A stretch of DNA of 26,025 bases from Amoebophrya sp. A120 (lineage: Eukaryota > Protista > Dinoflagellata). Each line of letters begins with the position of its first letter. Within the stretch, counting starts at the first letter, position 1. The position numbers were made by a program, and so were the translations under genes. The DNA lies in contig CAJINV010000039.1 of NCBI GenBank assembly GCA_905178155.1, positions 49,321-75,345 on the forward strand, given 5' to 3'. Positions 1 to 9,247 of the stretch are shown here, one piece after another. The notes beneath the pieces were generated by a model. It searched no databases and was not told where the DNA came from. It saw only the letters and a list, made by a program, of their open reading frames with translations.

Positions 1-148
1 TTTGTTCTTCAACCGACTGCCCGATACGTCAATCCGAAAGGCGCAGGACAGCTTGCGTGTTTAGACTCAGCATATTATTTTTCCGTTGCTCTTTCTCGTG
101 CTATGTGGGGTGAGAAAAAAAAGTGCGCATCTTATCAAAGATATAATG
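1..148. repeat. Dispersed ~150-bp repeat, diverged copy of 17917-18068 (may extend beyond the window start)
   Basis: Shared collinear blocks AAAGG(C/G)GCAGGAC, ACTCAGCATATTA, TATGTGGGG and AAAAAAAGTGCGCATCTTATCAAA at both locations. Confidence 0.85.
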
Positions 149-346
149 CAACAGCGAGCTTAATGGAAGACCTTGCTCCGTAGAACCACAAGAAGAGCGC
201 CTTAACCTTACCAGTTTCGCTGCTGGACATGTTGATGATACTGGCAAATATTTATAGATTTGTAGGTATCCACACACTATTGTCGGTGATATGGATTGGT
301 GCTATGAATTGCAACAGCGACTATTGAGTATTGTGCCTTTTGCAAA

Positions 347-3142
347 ATGACCGCTGCACCGTTTTCAGCTTGTGTAGACCTCCGCGTCAGAGACGAGTCC
401 GCTACCGAAAACGAGCTGCACAACGCACCGCGCGGCGTGGGACGCCAGGAATCAGTTGAGGTTCTGCATCCCCGGCAAGATGGCGATGTCGATCGCTGCG
501 TCACAGTTTTCAACCTTGCTGGCGATCCAGTCTGCCGAATCAAACGCACATCCAAAGCAGCAAATGATCCGCACGGCCTGGATAGCGCAGTCAGCACGTC
601 CGAGGTTGCAAAGCATGGAGGTCTCCCTTCGAGTCTTTTGAAACAAAAAAATTCTATCAAGGAACGGAATGCATCCGAAAGCATCCCAGCAAAAGAGATC
701 GACGCCACCTCACTAGCTTCTGACTCGAGGCTTTTGCTGCGAAACATAATGGAGAAAGTCGAAGCTGCCACCGGCTACGCCGCCGAGGACCACTCGTACT
801 TTTGGCATTACGAAAAGGACCAGAAAAAAATCGAAACCGGCACATCGTCTTCTCATGATGATGTCGAGGAAGCCGACGACGATCACGAGCAGCTGGCTGA
901 GGACGCTGCAGATGACTCATCAAAGCTTGACTTTTTCTATGATCCACTACTACCAATTCCAGAAGAGGTCGCAATGCTGTCTGTCATTTTTGACAAACGC
1001 GCTTCAAAAACCCTAGAGTGGGTGTCTGAGCATGTAGAGCAGCAAGTCAAATTTTCTCTTGGCGATAGCATCAACTGTGGTGGGTACGTTCCTGAGCAGG
1101 CAGCTTTTTTGGTCGAGGATCGCGACCAAGGGCCGAAGCACGAACAGGAGCGCGAGCAATTGCAAGCGGATTCTGAGGAGGCCAATGTCAGCGACCCGAC
1201 AAGAGGTGGACGACCCTACTACCTCGTTAAGGTCGTACAGCACATGTATCCCGAGTACCGCAAAAACGAATCATTTTTGGCGAAATTTCTAACAACTGCC
1301 ATGCCGATGTTTCTTGCCCCGTCACTGAATCCGCTGTCCTTGCCGTGGGATTTTGCGCGCCTCTTTGCCTCAAGCAAGCAGCGCGCACTTGTTGCATGCA
1401 AAGCCAATGGACTTGCGTTGAAGCATTTGTGCTCTGCACTTCGCGATGACGTGGAGGTTGTGCGCACGGCGGTTTCCTGCGACTGGCGAGCGTTGCAGTA
1501 TGCCTCAGAACGGGTTCGGGAAATGGCCGATGCGCAGACTGTTTCCGACGCGGCGCGTCAGTGCGGGTGGGCCTTAAAGTACTTCGCAGCCGACTCAAAA
1601 GCAAGTCCTGAATTGGTCCGAACTTGCGTGCGGCATAAGCCTTGGGCGATCCAGTATGCCTCCGAGGGCCTTTGGGACGACAACGACACCATGGCCTGCG
1701 TGGCTAAAATAGACGGCCTTCCTGCTCTGAAGTACGCGTCACACCGATTACGAGCCAGCGAATGGCTGGTGAGGCTAGCGGTGCAGACCAACGGGCTAGC
1801 AATCAAGTTCGCCTGCAAAGAGGTTCGGGCGAATTACGAGATCGCACTTCTTGCCGTCCGCAATAATCCATACGCAGTTCGGTACTTGGCGCATGAGTTG
1901 CGCCGAACCAATCGCGAGCTTCTCAGCACAGCACTCGACGTCTACACAAATAATGAGGAGAAGCGCGCCGCCCTTGATGACATCTACGGGCAGAAATTTT
2001 TCTGCGAGAAACTGCACTACAGCGTTATCACGTGTCACCGCGGGCCGTGGCACTGGTTTCCCGAGTGGGACGGACGGCATCTAAAGCATGTGGATTTTCG
2101 TGGGCTTGTTGAGCATCATTGTGACTCCTGGTGTCGTGAACACCATCACTCACATCGCGAGGCGGACCCGCCTCATGACGAAGACCATTTTGCAAGTCAG
2201 GACGAGCCTGCACAGGTTCCTGATTTGCAAAACGGAAACGAAATGCACGCGAATCTTCCGGATGGGGACCTCGCCCGCACTCACGGTGCTCAGCCGCCTC
2301 CAGAGCTCGGACTAGAAATCTTGTCCAGTGCTAGTCGAGAGCTACGAGACGACGAAGAATTTGTGACTCTTTGTCTTGAAGCGAGTCCCGCGTGCTTCGA
2401 ATTTGCGAGCTCCAGAATCCGAAGTAACGGTCGCTTTGCTTCTCACGCCGTTCGAAAATTTTGCAAGGGGGATATTGTGGTGGAAGAACCTGCTGACGCT
2501 GGAGGCAGCGATTTGATTGACAGATATGACGAGCGCAGAGAGCTTACGGATGCGTGTCCAATGCGGTTTGCCGGCGAACATCTACGAGCCGACGCATCCT
2601 TCCTGCGAGCAGTGCTTTTCGATGAGAATATATTAATGTCCTCCCTAGAAGCTACAATCATCCTCTCCCACGCGGACGAGAAAACAAAGGCAGCTTTCTA
2701 CGGAGAAGACGTAGAGTTGTCGACGCAATTTGCTCAGCGGTATCCGACTGCGCTTCGGTGGATGCCCAGAGGCTTCAGGCGGGATCGAGAAATAGCGCTT
2801 CAAGCGGTTCGCGCAAACGGGGAAGCGATCAAACACTTCGGAAGCCGCATCAAATCTGATCGCGAGGTAGGTTTCGTGGCCGTTTCTCATGAAATGGAAA
2901 ATATTTTCTGCCCCTGGACACTCGAATACCTGCACAAGCGGCTACGCCGCGATGAAGGTATTGTGCGCGCTGCGATTTGCAGAAATGTACATTCCCTTCG
3001 CCACGCATGCCGATATCTCCGAGGTACTCCTGAAATCGCTTTTCTGGCTGTGTCAAAAGTATCCCGCGGAATTCAAAAAATATCGGTGCTCACTTGTTTT
3101 TGTACGTCGCAATGTCGCGCATTGTCTGGACAGGATGCATGA
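347..3142 (+). CDS. DUF4116-repeat protein A, main exon (true exon end probably ~3058); N-terminal split ubiquitin-like header
   Basis: 931-aa ORF with many DUF4116-type units (NGLALKHLCSALRDDVEVVRTAV, DWRALQYASE, NGLAIKFACKEVRANYEIALLAV, DREIALQAVRANGEAIKH). Paralogous to 12393 and 22979. Repeat character ends at IAFLAVSK (3058). Confidence 0.85.
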   Translation: MTAAPFSACVDLRVRDESATENELHNAPRGVGRQESVEVLHPRQDGDVDRCVTVFNLAGDPVCRIKRTSKAANDPHGLDSAVSTSEVAKHGGLPSSLLKQKNSIKERNASESIPAKEIDATSLASDSRLLLRNIMEKVEAATGYAAEDHSYFWHYEKDQKKIETGTSSSHDDVEEADDDHEQLAEDAADDSSKLDFFYDPLLPIPEEVAMLSVIFDKRASKTLEWVSEHVEQQVKFSLGDSINCGGYVPEQAAFLVEDRDQGPKHEQEREQLQADSEEANVSDPTRGGRPYYLVKVVQHMYPEYRKNESFLAKFLTTAMPMFLAPSLNPLSLPWDFARLFASSKQRALVACKANGLALKHLCSALRDDVEVVRTAVSCDWRALQYASERVREMADAQTVSDAARQCGWALKYFAADSKASPELVRTCVRHKPWAIQYASEGLWDDNDTMACVAKIDGLPALKYASHRLRASEWLVRLAVQTNGLAIKFACKEVRANYEIALLAVRNNPYAVRYLAHELRRTNRELLSTALDVYTNNEEKRAALDDIYGQKFFCEKLHYSVITCHRGPWHWFPEWDGRHLKHVDFRGLVEHHCDSWCREHHHSHREADPPHDEDHFASQDEPAQVPDLQNGNEMHANLPDGDLARTHGAQPPPELGLEILSSASRELRDDEEFVTLCLEASPACFEFASSRIRSNGRFASHAVRKFCKGDIVVEEPADAGGSDLIDRYDERRELTDACPMRFAGEHLRADASFLRAVLFDENILMSSLEATIILSHADEKTKAAFYGEDVELSTQFAQRYPTALRWMPRGFRRDREIALQAVRANGEAIKHFGSRIKSDREVGFVAVSHEMENIFCPWTLEYLHKRLRRDEGIVRAAICRNVHSLRHACRYLRGTPEIAFLAVSKVSRGIQKISVLTCFCTSQCRALSGQDA

Positions 3143-3358
3143 ATGATGGAAAAATAGAACTATTGCAGACGCTGGCTAGAGTAGATCTCTCAAAACTAAG
3201 TGCATCTATGTACTTGTTCTTTTTGTAATACTACAATAAACTCAACGAGAAGGAGAGGAAAGTCAAATTATCATGTCTCTGCGTACATACCATCATGCTG
3301 CAAAGGTCCACAGCCTTTCGAAATTATGAGAATCCGATACTTTTGCATGCTATGACGT
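3059..3358 (+). other. Probable 300-nt intron in gene A with non-canonical boundaries
   Basis: Removing 300 nt joins LAVSK to DGNAYNHI, restoring the AVxxDGxA repeat motif. The interval is AT-rich and contains stops. A 10-bp inverted repeat lies near its ends (CAAAAGTATC 3054-3063 / GATACTTTTG 3336-3345). An in-phase AG at 3399-3400 is an alternative acceptor. Confidence 0.55.
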
Positions 3359-3850
3359 GACGGAAATGCGTACAACCACATCAACTTCAACCACTTCGAG
3401 GAAGTAGCGCCCATCGACAGCCAGAGAGATCTTGCACGACTTGCAATTCGCAATGGGTTGAGCTGTGCCGGTCATCTGCACAAGGCTCTCGAGTTGTGCA
3501 ATTGGGAGCGCGCTCTTGTCTTTGTTGCACTTCAAAACTGTGGCACCTTCTTTGGCGAGTTAGAGAATTTCCCTGCGGAACTTATGATGGATCACGAAAT
3601 TATTTGTTGGGCGCTCAAAAGAAGCCCCTTTCCAACTGGGTTGTGGTCGTTGGAGAGAGCAGAGCAGCGCGGTGTCAAAGAGTACGTTCTCCTCGCCGTT
3701 GCCCGGTATCCCTACGCCATCGCCTTTGCATCAAAGGAAATGCAGTGCCACCCGGAGGTTCTGAAGCTTCAGCGCGAGAAGTGGGGGCATGTGAATTTGA
3801 TGGACAAGCATTGGCGCTTTGCAGTGCCAGTCGCGATGACGCGCCTCTGA
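3359..3850 (+). CDS. Terminal exon of DUF4116-repeat protein A
   Basis: Frame is open from 3356 to the TGA at 3848-3850. It has DUF4116-like units (VALQNCG..LENFPAELMMDHEIICWAL, KEYVLLAVARYPYAIAFASKEMQCHPEV). Confidence 0.75.
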   Translation, partial: DGNAYNHINFNHFEEVAPIDSQRDLARLAIRNGLSCAGHLHKALELCNWERALVFVALQNCGTFFGELENFPAELMMDHEIICWALKRSPFPTGLWSLERAEQRGVKEYVLLAVARYPYAIAFASKEMQCHPEVLKLQREKWGHVNLMDKHWRFAVPVAMTRL

Positions 3851-4881
3851 TGTACAGTGAGCCGCGATCGGGTAATCAAGCTCTGAGTGTGTAAGCAAGC
3901 AACGGTAAACCAGGACTAGGGTTCGGAAAACTTTTGGACCTTTTGTTACTCTCTGACGTACTTTATACCATTGTAGAGATGACAAATAACAGTACGCCAC
4001 TTCATAGCGCATTTGGGTTGATCCTGCTTCGTTTCCAGTGAAAATGTACAGCAAAAACGGAACTGCCACTCCTGCAACTGGCTTCTTGTCCAGCCGCTCC
4101 TTGCGAGAGAAAGCGCCAGCCAGACGTGGAAAATTCTCGAATTTGGTCGGGAAAACTGTTTATTCTGACCCCCAGCCATTCAGCATAGTAATAGCAGTCC
4201 GTGGAAAATGTGAGAGGCCTATAGCCACAGCTTGACTTTGGGATCGTGAACTACGCACATCGAAGATGAAAATATCATTTTTTGCGAGATGTTGAACTGC
4301 GAGTCCAGAAGGTGTACCCTCAATCCGTAAATTTTCTTCTATTGGCTCTGAATATGTACGATATGTAAATAAATCTGACTTAGTCGTCCAACCCCCTTCA
4401 CGCGCCGGATGGTGAATTCGTGGTTCTTGAGCTCCTTGCGCGCCTGTTTGTCGGGTTCCCAAGGACAACGAACAAAAGGGCTCGATCCGCGCGTTCGAAG
4501 ACTGAGACGTACCCCCACCCAAACGAAGTGCAGGATGACAGATCGCGAATTCAAAGCATTTCCCAATTTTGTGGCGCCAGTGTGGCAGTTTCTCATCTAT
4601 TCGAGCTGCACTCCCATCCATGCCAAAAACGCCTCCTCTACTGATTGAGGATGAAACAAATTTTGAGAGGTTGTGGTGGACAAGGTAGTCGCGCAAGAAC
4701 GAAAAATCTGCATAGAAGATTGAAGATCATCGGCGGTGCCGATTCCGATAACAAGATCTTTATATATTTATAGGCACGATGCAGCTTCTGCCGTGCTATG
4801 AATTCCATACATATACATGCTCTTCAAAGGGGAGATGCTATTCAGTTGCCTCAGATCAGAAGATGCAACTATCTTCATCGA

Positions 4882-4925
4882 TCTTCGTCGTTTATTAATT
4901 TGAACTTTCTTCGTCGTTTATTAAT
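4882..4925. repeat. 18-bp direct repeat x2 (TCTTCGTCGTTTATTAAT), period 26
   Basis: Exact copies at 4882-4899 and 4908-4925. Confidence 0.85.
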
Positions 4926-5753
4926 CTATCGTGTGATATTTTTCCATAGTCCTAGTGGGCAGAGCCGCCCTCAACGAGAGAAGTTTTCGACTGTCGTTTT
5001 TTTCGGACAAATATGGTTTATCCTGTCAATTGCTTTTCGTGAATCTGAATCTCTCTTTTTGTTGTGTCCCACCGACCACAAAGGTCTGCATTCGACGTCC
5101 AGAGACGCATCACTACACTTCGAACTCATGTATTCTGTCGTATCCGGTCGTGAATGGATGTCGTAGTTCGGTACAGTTCTGTTGACCGAGCGTGTCTAGT
5201 TAGGAAACTCCTTCTACCCCGCGCACGCGCGTCTCCTCCTAATTAATGTTTCCAAAAAATGATTGCATTGAGTGATGACTAAACGGAATTATTCGGACAT
5301 TCCTCGGAAGCAGCTGAAGATGTCGGACGAAAGGCACTGCCTAGATGAAAATAGTAAGTGAAGACGAAGAAGAAGCTCAAGCAACATTAGAAGCGGCCGC
5401 GATCAATGATCCTCCTTTTTTCAGATGCAAATGCGGGACAAGTACAAAAGCGACTCAATTGTGAATCGTTTAGCCCCATGGGATCTTACAGATTTGAGAT
5501 CAAAGCTAAGCAGGAAACCAGACGGCAGAGGATCACCTTTGTATCGAGAACCTGGCTGCGATGTTGGTGCGACAAGAAAAATGCTTCCTCTAAATTCGAT
5601 GTTGCAAACGACAGGCGGCTGTGTACACTCGACTACATTATTGGAGCTTCTTTGCGAAGAAAAACCCCGCTCCTCAGCAAACATTCCATTTCTAAGTACC
5701 CCCGGGCCTGTCGAATTAGTAAATAGTATATAATACAAGCGCCACAGCAAAAC

Positions 5754-6941
5754 TTGGAAGCAGATGGCGACGAGGGCCAGCCAATTTGTGTAGAAGCGGG
5801 CGCCCATCTGGACGAGCTAGCCATGGGGCCGGATTTCGACTCTGTAGAGGAGAAGAAGGAGATGATGGAAGAGGAGGACGTGCTGGAGTTTGGCGACTAT
5901 CAGTGGGTACGCAAGCCGAAACTTGACTTGCTCTTCGCGCATGGGGTAGGAATCCTCATCCTAGATGAGAAACTGCGGGCCGAAGTGCAGGCGGATCAGC
6001 TACATACAGCGGTGGACGCAGTGAGATCACGGCCGCGAGTCTTGTCGCTATTCCTGCGGGAGCTAGCGGTAGTCGCTTGCTATGCCCCCACCGCGGGATC
6101 GCCAAGGGAAGACATGGCGGCATTTGACGGCAATTTTACGAAGGCAATAAGAGAAACGCAAAAAATGAAGCAGCACAAGTGGAAAACCAAGATTATCGGC
6201 GCCGATTGGAATGCACAGGTGGGGACGCGACTCTTTGGCGGGTCTATCATAAAAGGGCAGCACGGCCCTGCGACATCGACGCCGCGCGGGCGACAGTTTG
6301 CGACGACGATGCTGGCTCTAAACATGGCGCAGCCAGCCAGCCACCTGGAGCTCCCGTCCTACAGCACGCATGATGGAGGGAACGAGCTAGATTATTTCTT
6401 GGTGCCAGGTCAGCAGCTTACCAAGGTCCTAGGATACCGCATTTTTGACGCTAATGGGGTGCAAGAAGATGGAACTAGACTGGCCGTGGCGAGATTCGAC
6501 CATCGGGCGGTGGAGATGGATACGGCCGTAAAAACGAAGAAGCACTTGAGACATGAGGGAGAACTGCGAAGATTATCTACGTTTGGGCTGATGACGAACC
6601 CCCCGGAGGCACTGCTGACGTTTTTCAATGAGGATCTGCGTGCCAGAATTGAGGACAAGGGGGGCCGTGACGCCTTCAGCTTGGAGGATTTCCGCGACTT
6701 CTTGGTAGACAACACGCCGCACTTCATCGGGAAAACAAAGAAGGAGGCGCCGGCGAAGGACCTAGATAAATACGCAGAAAGTGCGAAAACTCGTTCAAAA
6801 ATGTGGTCGCTCTTTCGTGAAATGGACTTACTCAAGATGGGCCGAAGATGTGAGATAACTCCTGCCCAGGCGGCCAAGCAGTATGCTGCTGTCTGTGGGA
6901 AGCACGCCGATACGGCCGGAGCCGGACACCCTGCCAATTGA
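5754..6941 (+). pseudogene. LINE ORF2 5' part: APE/EEP-type endonuclease
   Basis: Motifs GVGILI, ACYAPT, IIGADWNA (GDFNA), ELDYFLV (IDYIL) and FDHRAV (SDH). The N-terminal QET motif is not visible. The frame shifts at ~6890-6940 into the RT frame. Confidence 0.85.
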
Positions 6942-8349
6942 AGCGGAGTTACCCAAGTACATCCAGCCCCTGACGCCCGAAGACCTGGAAGAATTGGACA
7001 AGCCCCCGGACGTATTTGAGGTGGAAGAAGTTGCGAAGGCGGTGGCCGCCGGGGGAAAAGCGCAAGACGCTTGTGGACTACAGGGAGGCATCCTGAAGTT
7101 TTTGGACCAGGACTCGCTCGAGATTCTCACGACCATCCTGGCCAAGGAGTTAGGCACGCGAAAAATGAGTGAACTGGGCGAAAGAATGCGGCTCTGCCGA
7201 GATACGCCGCTACTCAAGGGCAAAGGATCGCCAAAAAACCCGGATGGGTGTCGTTTTCTCGTCATTTCGCCGCCTGTAACGAAACTGGTGGTAAAGCTGT
7301 ACTCGGATCGATTATGCCGACTTTTAGAGGATAAGGGATATTTCTGCGAGTCCCAGTTCGGATTTCGGGAAAGCAGGGGAACGATTGAGAGCCTCGCTAT
7401 TTTCAACAAACTACGGCAGGACATGGCGCACTACGGCGAACATGGCATGGCGAGGGTATTGGTGACGCTTGTGGACTTGAAGAAGGCATTCCCAAGCTTG
7501 GACAAGCGAGCAATCAGGGGAACGGTCCAGGCACTTAATCTGCAGAACCGTAAATGTTGGGAAGCGATAGAAGCAAGCCATCGGAGCGCAATCCATGAAT
7601 TTCGAGACCCGGACAACAAGAACATGCCGGGCGAGCGGTTCACATTAGAAAACGGAACGAAGGAAGGCTGTGTGTCGTCGCCCCTGGTGTTTGTGATGGT
7701 GTGCTCCGCGGTCATGAAACACTTCCGGCATAAACTCAAGGCGGAGCAGCTGCAAAAATCCAAACCGGCAGGAGTTCAACTCCGCACGAGCCCGCGGGCT
7801 TTGTGTTGGAACAGGGTCGACCGGTTGTATGCGTATGTCTTCGAGTCGGGTGCCCAGGCGGCGGAACAGCAGCAGCAGGAAGGGCCTGGCGCTATCGAAA
7901 TGGAGACGGTTTTCAAAGCTTTGACGACCTTGCTTTTTGCAGACGACACGACCCTCCTGGAGCTAGAGCGGCGGCAGCTTCTGGAGAAGCTGGCGAAGGA
8001 AAACGAGGCGCGGGAAGAAAGAAACAAAAAGAAGAAGGCTGGGGAAGAACTCGAAGAGCCCCTTCCATCGAATGCGATGAAGGTTCTCTCGGAAGTCCTT
8101 TGGGAGGCGGGCACGTCAGAAAACAAAACCAAGCGCATAACCAACGACATCACGGAAATTGTAACGCGGAACCTAGGGCAGAACACGGACCCGATGGAGG
8201 ACGTTCGGCAAAAAGTAAAAAAATCCTGGCGCGCGTACTCGTCACTACGACAGAAGATCAGCGGGGTCAGTGGCATACACTCGAAAAGACGCGGGGAGCT
8301 GATAATGGTGATGATCAGAAGCGTCACGACCTACGGCATGGCCTGGTAG
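6883..8349 (+). pseudogene. LINE ORF2 3' part: reverse transcriptase
   Basis: GKAQDACG, PLLKGKG..PDGCRFLVI (YRPISL), SQFGFRESRGT, LVDLKKAFPSL, GTKEGCVSSPLVF, LLFADD, NKTK, RNLG and RSVTTYGMAW (RTE-like LxYGxExW). The ORF stops immediately after the last motif. Confidence 0.92.
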
Positions 8350-8467
8350 TAGCGCGGATAATTGAAATCGTACGCCAACTTGGGCCCGTGCTGCAGAGGG
8401 CTGCTAACACCATGCAGACCGAGCACAAGAAGATTCTCAACTACGTCAAAGACCACTATGACGCTAT
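8346..8467 (+). CDS. 5'-truncated upstream exon of permuted-OTU gene copy 1
   Basis: VVARIIEIVRQLGPVLQRAANTMQTEHKKILNYVKDHYDA is homologous to 19140-19261. A GT donor at 8468 is in phase with the AG acceptor at 8706-8707 (240-nt intron). Confidence 0.65.
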
Positions 8468-8707
8468 GTATAGCAGGACTAGAATGTTTCTTGTTACTTC
8501 GTTGAGAGGCTGGGCCAGAGCACGTAGTCATGCCTCAATACGTATCATACAGATGATGCTCCGGTGCTGGGTTGTCTTCATCTCCTATTTGAGTCTTCCA
8601 GCAATTAGATGAGTCACACAATGACAGCAACAGCATCAAAATTATATTGAAGGCCAGGAATTATGTCCTGACACCAAACTTCTATGAAATTACTCACCTT
8701 TGTTCAG

Positions 8708-9077
8708 GATAAATTGGTTCGGTGGCAGACGACAGGATGAGGACCACGAGGAGTACGACCAGCGACTTTCGAACAAGTTGCAGGAGAACATTGAAACTCA
8801 GAAAAAGTGGCCGAAGTGGTCTGCGATCCCTCTGTGGGTCCGACAAGTGGACGGCGAAACGGTGCAGACCTACGTAAGATTGCAGTTGCAGAAGGTGCGG
8901 TCTTCAGGGGATCCGCCGAGCAACCAGCAGGCACCGAACAGCAGTTCGTCGTCTGGGGACACGAGTGGCAGTTCCCGCGGTAACGGTGCTAACTTCAACG
9001 CAACCCAGGGATACCAGGCACAGGTCCAAACATCCCCCGTAACTGTCAAAGAGACGGCTGAGGAGATTTCGCTGCGG
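8708..9077 (+). CDS. Middle exon of permuted-OTU gene copy 1
   Basis: INWFGGRRQDEDHEEYDQRLSNKLQENIETQKKWPKW...EEISLR is collinear with 19442-19811 of copy 2. It is interrupted at 9078 by the TIR element. Confidence 0.85.
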
Positions 9078-9247
9078 TATCCCACAGAAAAAAGCTGGCA
9101 GGTCACATTTGTACTGAAAAAATAAATACACAAAAAATCTGCGCTGCGTATCCTAAACAGCATACTATGAGGCCGCCCATGACAGATTTTTCTGTGTTTT
9201 CATTTTTGCATTACACATATGCCCTGCCAGCTTTTTTCTGTGGGATA
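9078..9247. mobile_element. 170-bp MITE/introner-like element with 25-bp perfect terminal inverted repeats and 5-bp target-site duplication TGCGG
   Basis: TATCCCACAGAAAAAAGCTGGCAGG (9078-9102) and its exact reverse complement (9223-9247). TGCGG lies at 9073-9077 and 9248-9252. The element is absent from the paralog (empty site at ~19806-19812). Confidence 0.95.

Larger units (their letters stand above)
5754..8349 (+). mobile_element. Non-LTR retrotransposon (LINE, RTE-like) remnant: APE endonuclease + reverse transcriptase, frameshifted and 3'-truncated
   Basis: Endonuclease and RT motifs occur in canonical order. GC-rich relative to the flanks. No 3' UTR, tail or TSD is visible; the element abuts a host exon at ~8345. 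Confidence 0.92.

Noticed and set aside
277-771. 164-aa minus-strand ORF and the many other short antisense or alternate-frame ORFs inside the long genes
   Set aside because: Shadows of GC-rich coding sequence with no motifs.
3353-3355. Stop-codon reassignment as an explanation for in-frame stops
   Set aside because: ORFs of 500-900 codons are stop-free under the standard code; the interruptions are better explained by introns.
4160-4696. 178-aa minus-strand ORF
   Set aside because: Non-ATG start, no recognisable domain, and competing short ORFs in several frames.
5406-5807. Short ORFs upstream of the LINE as a possible ORF1/gag
   Set aside because: No zinc knuckle or RRM-like pattern, and AT-richer than the LINE body.
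7803-8612. 269-aa ORF as a standalone gene
   Set aside because: It is a composite of an alternative RT frame, a host exon (8346-8467) and intron read-through.
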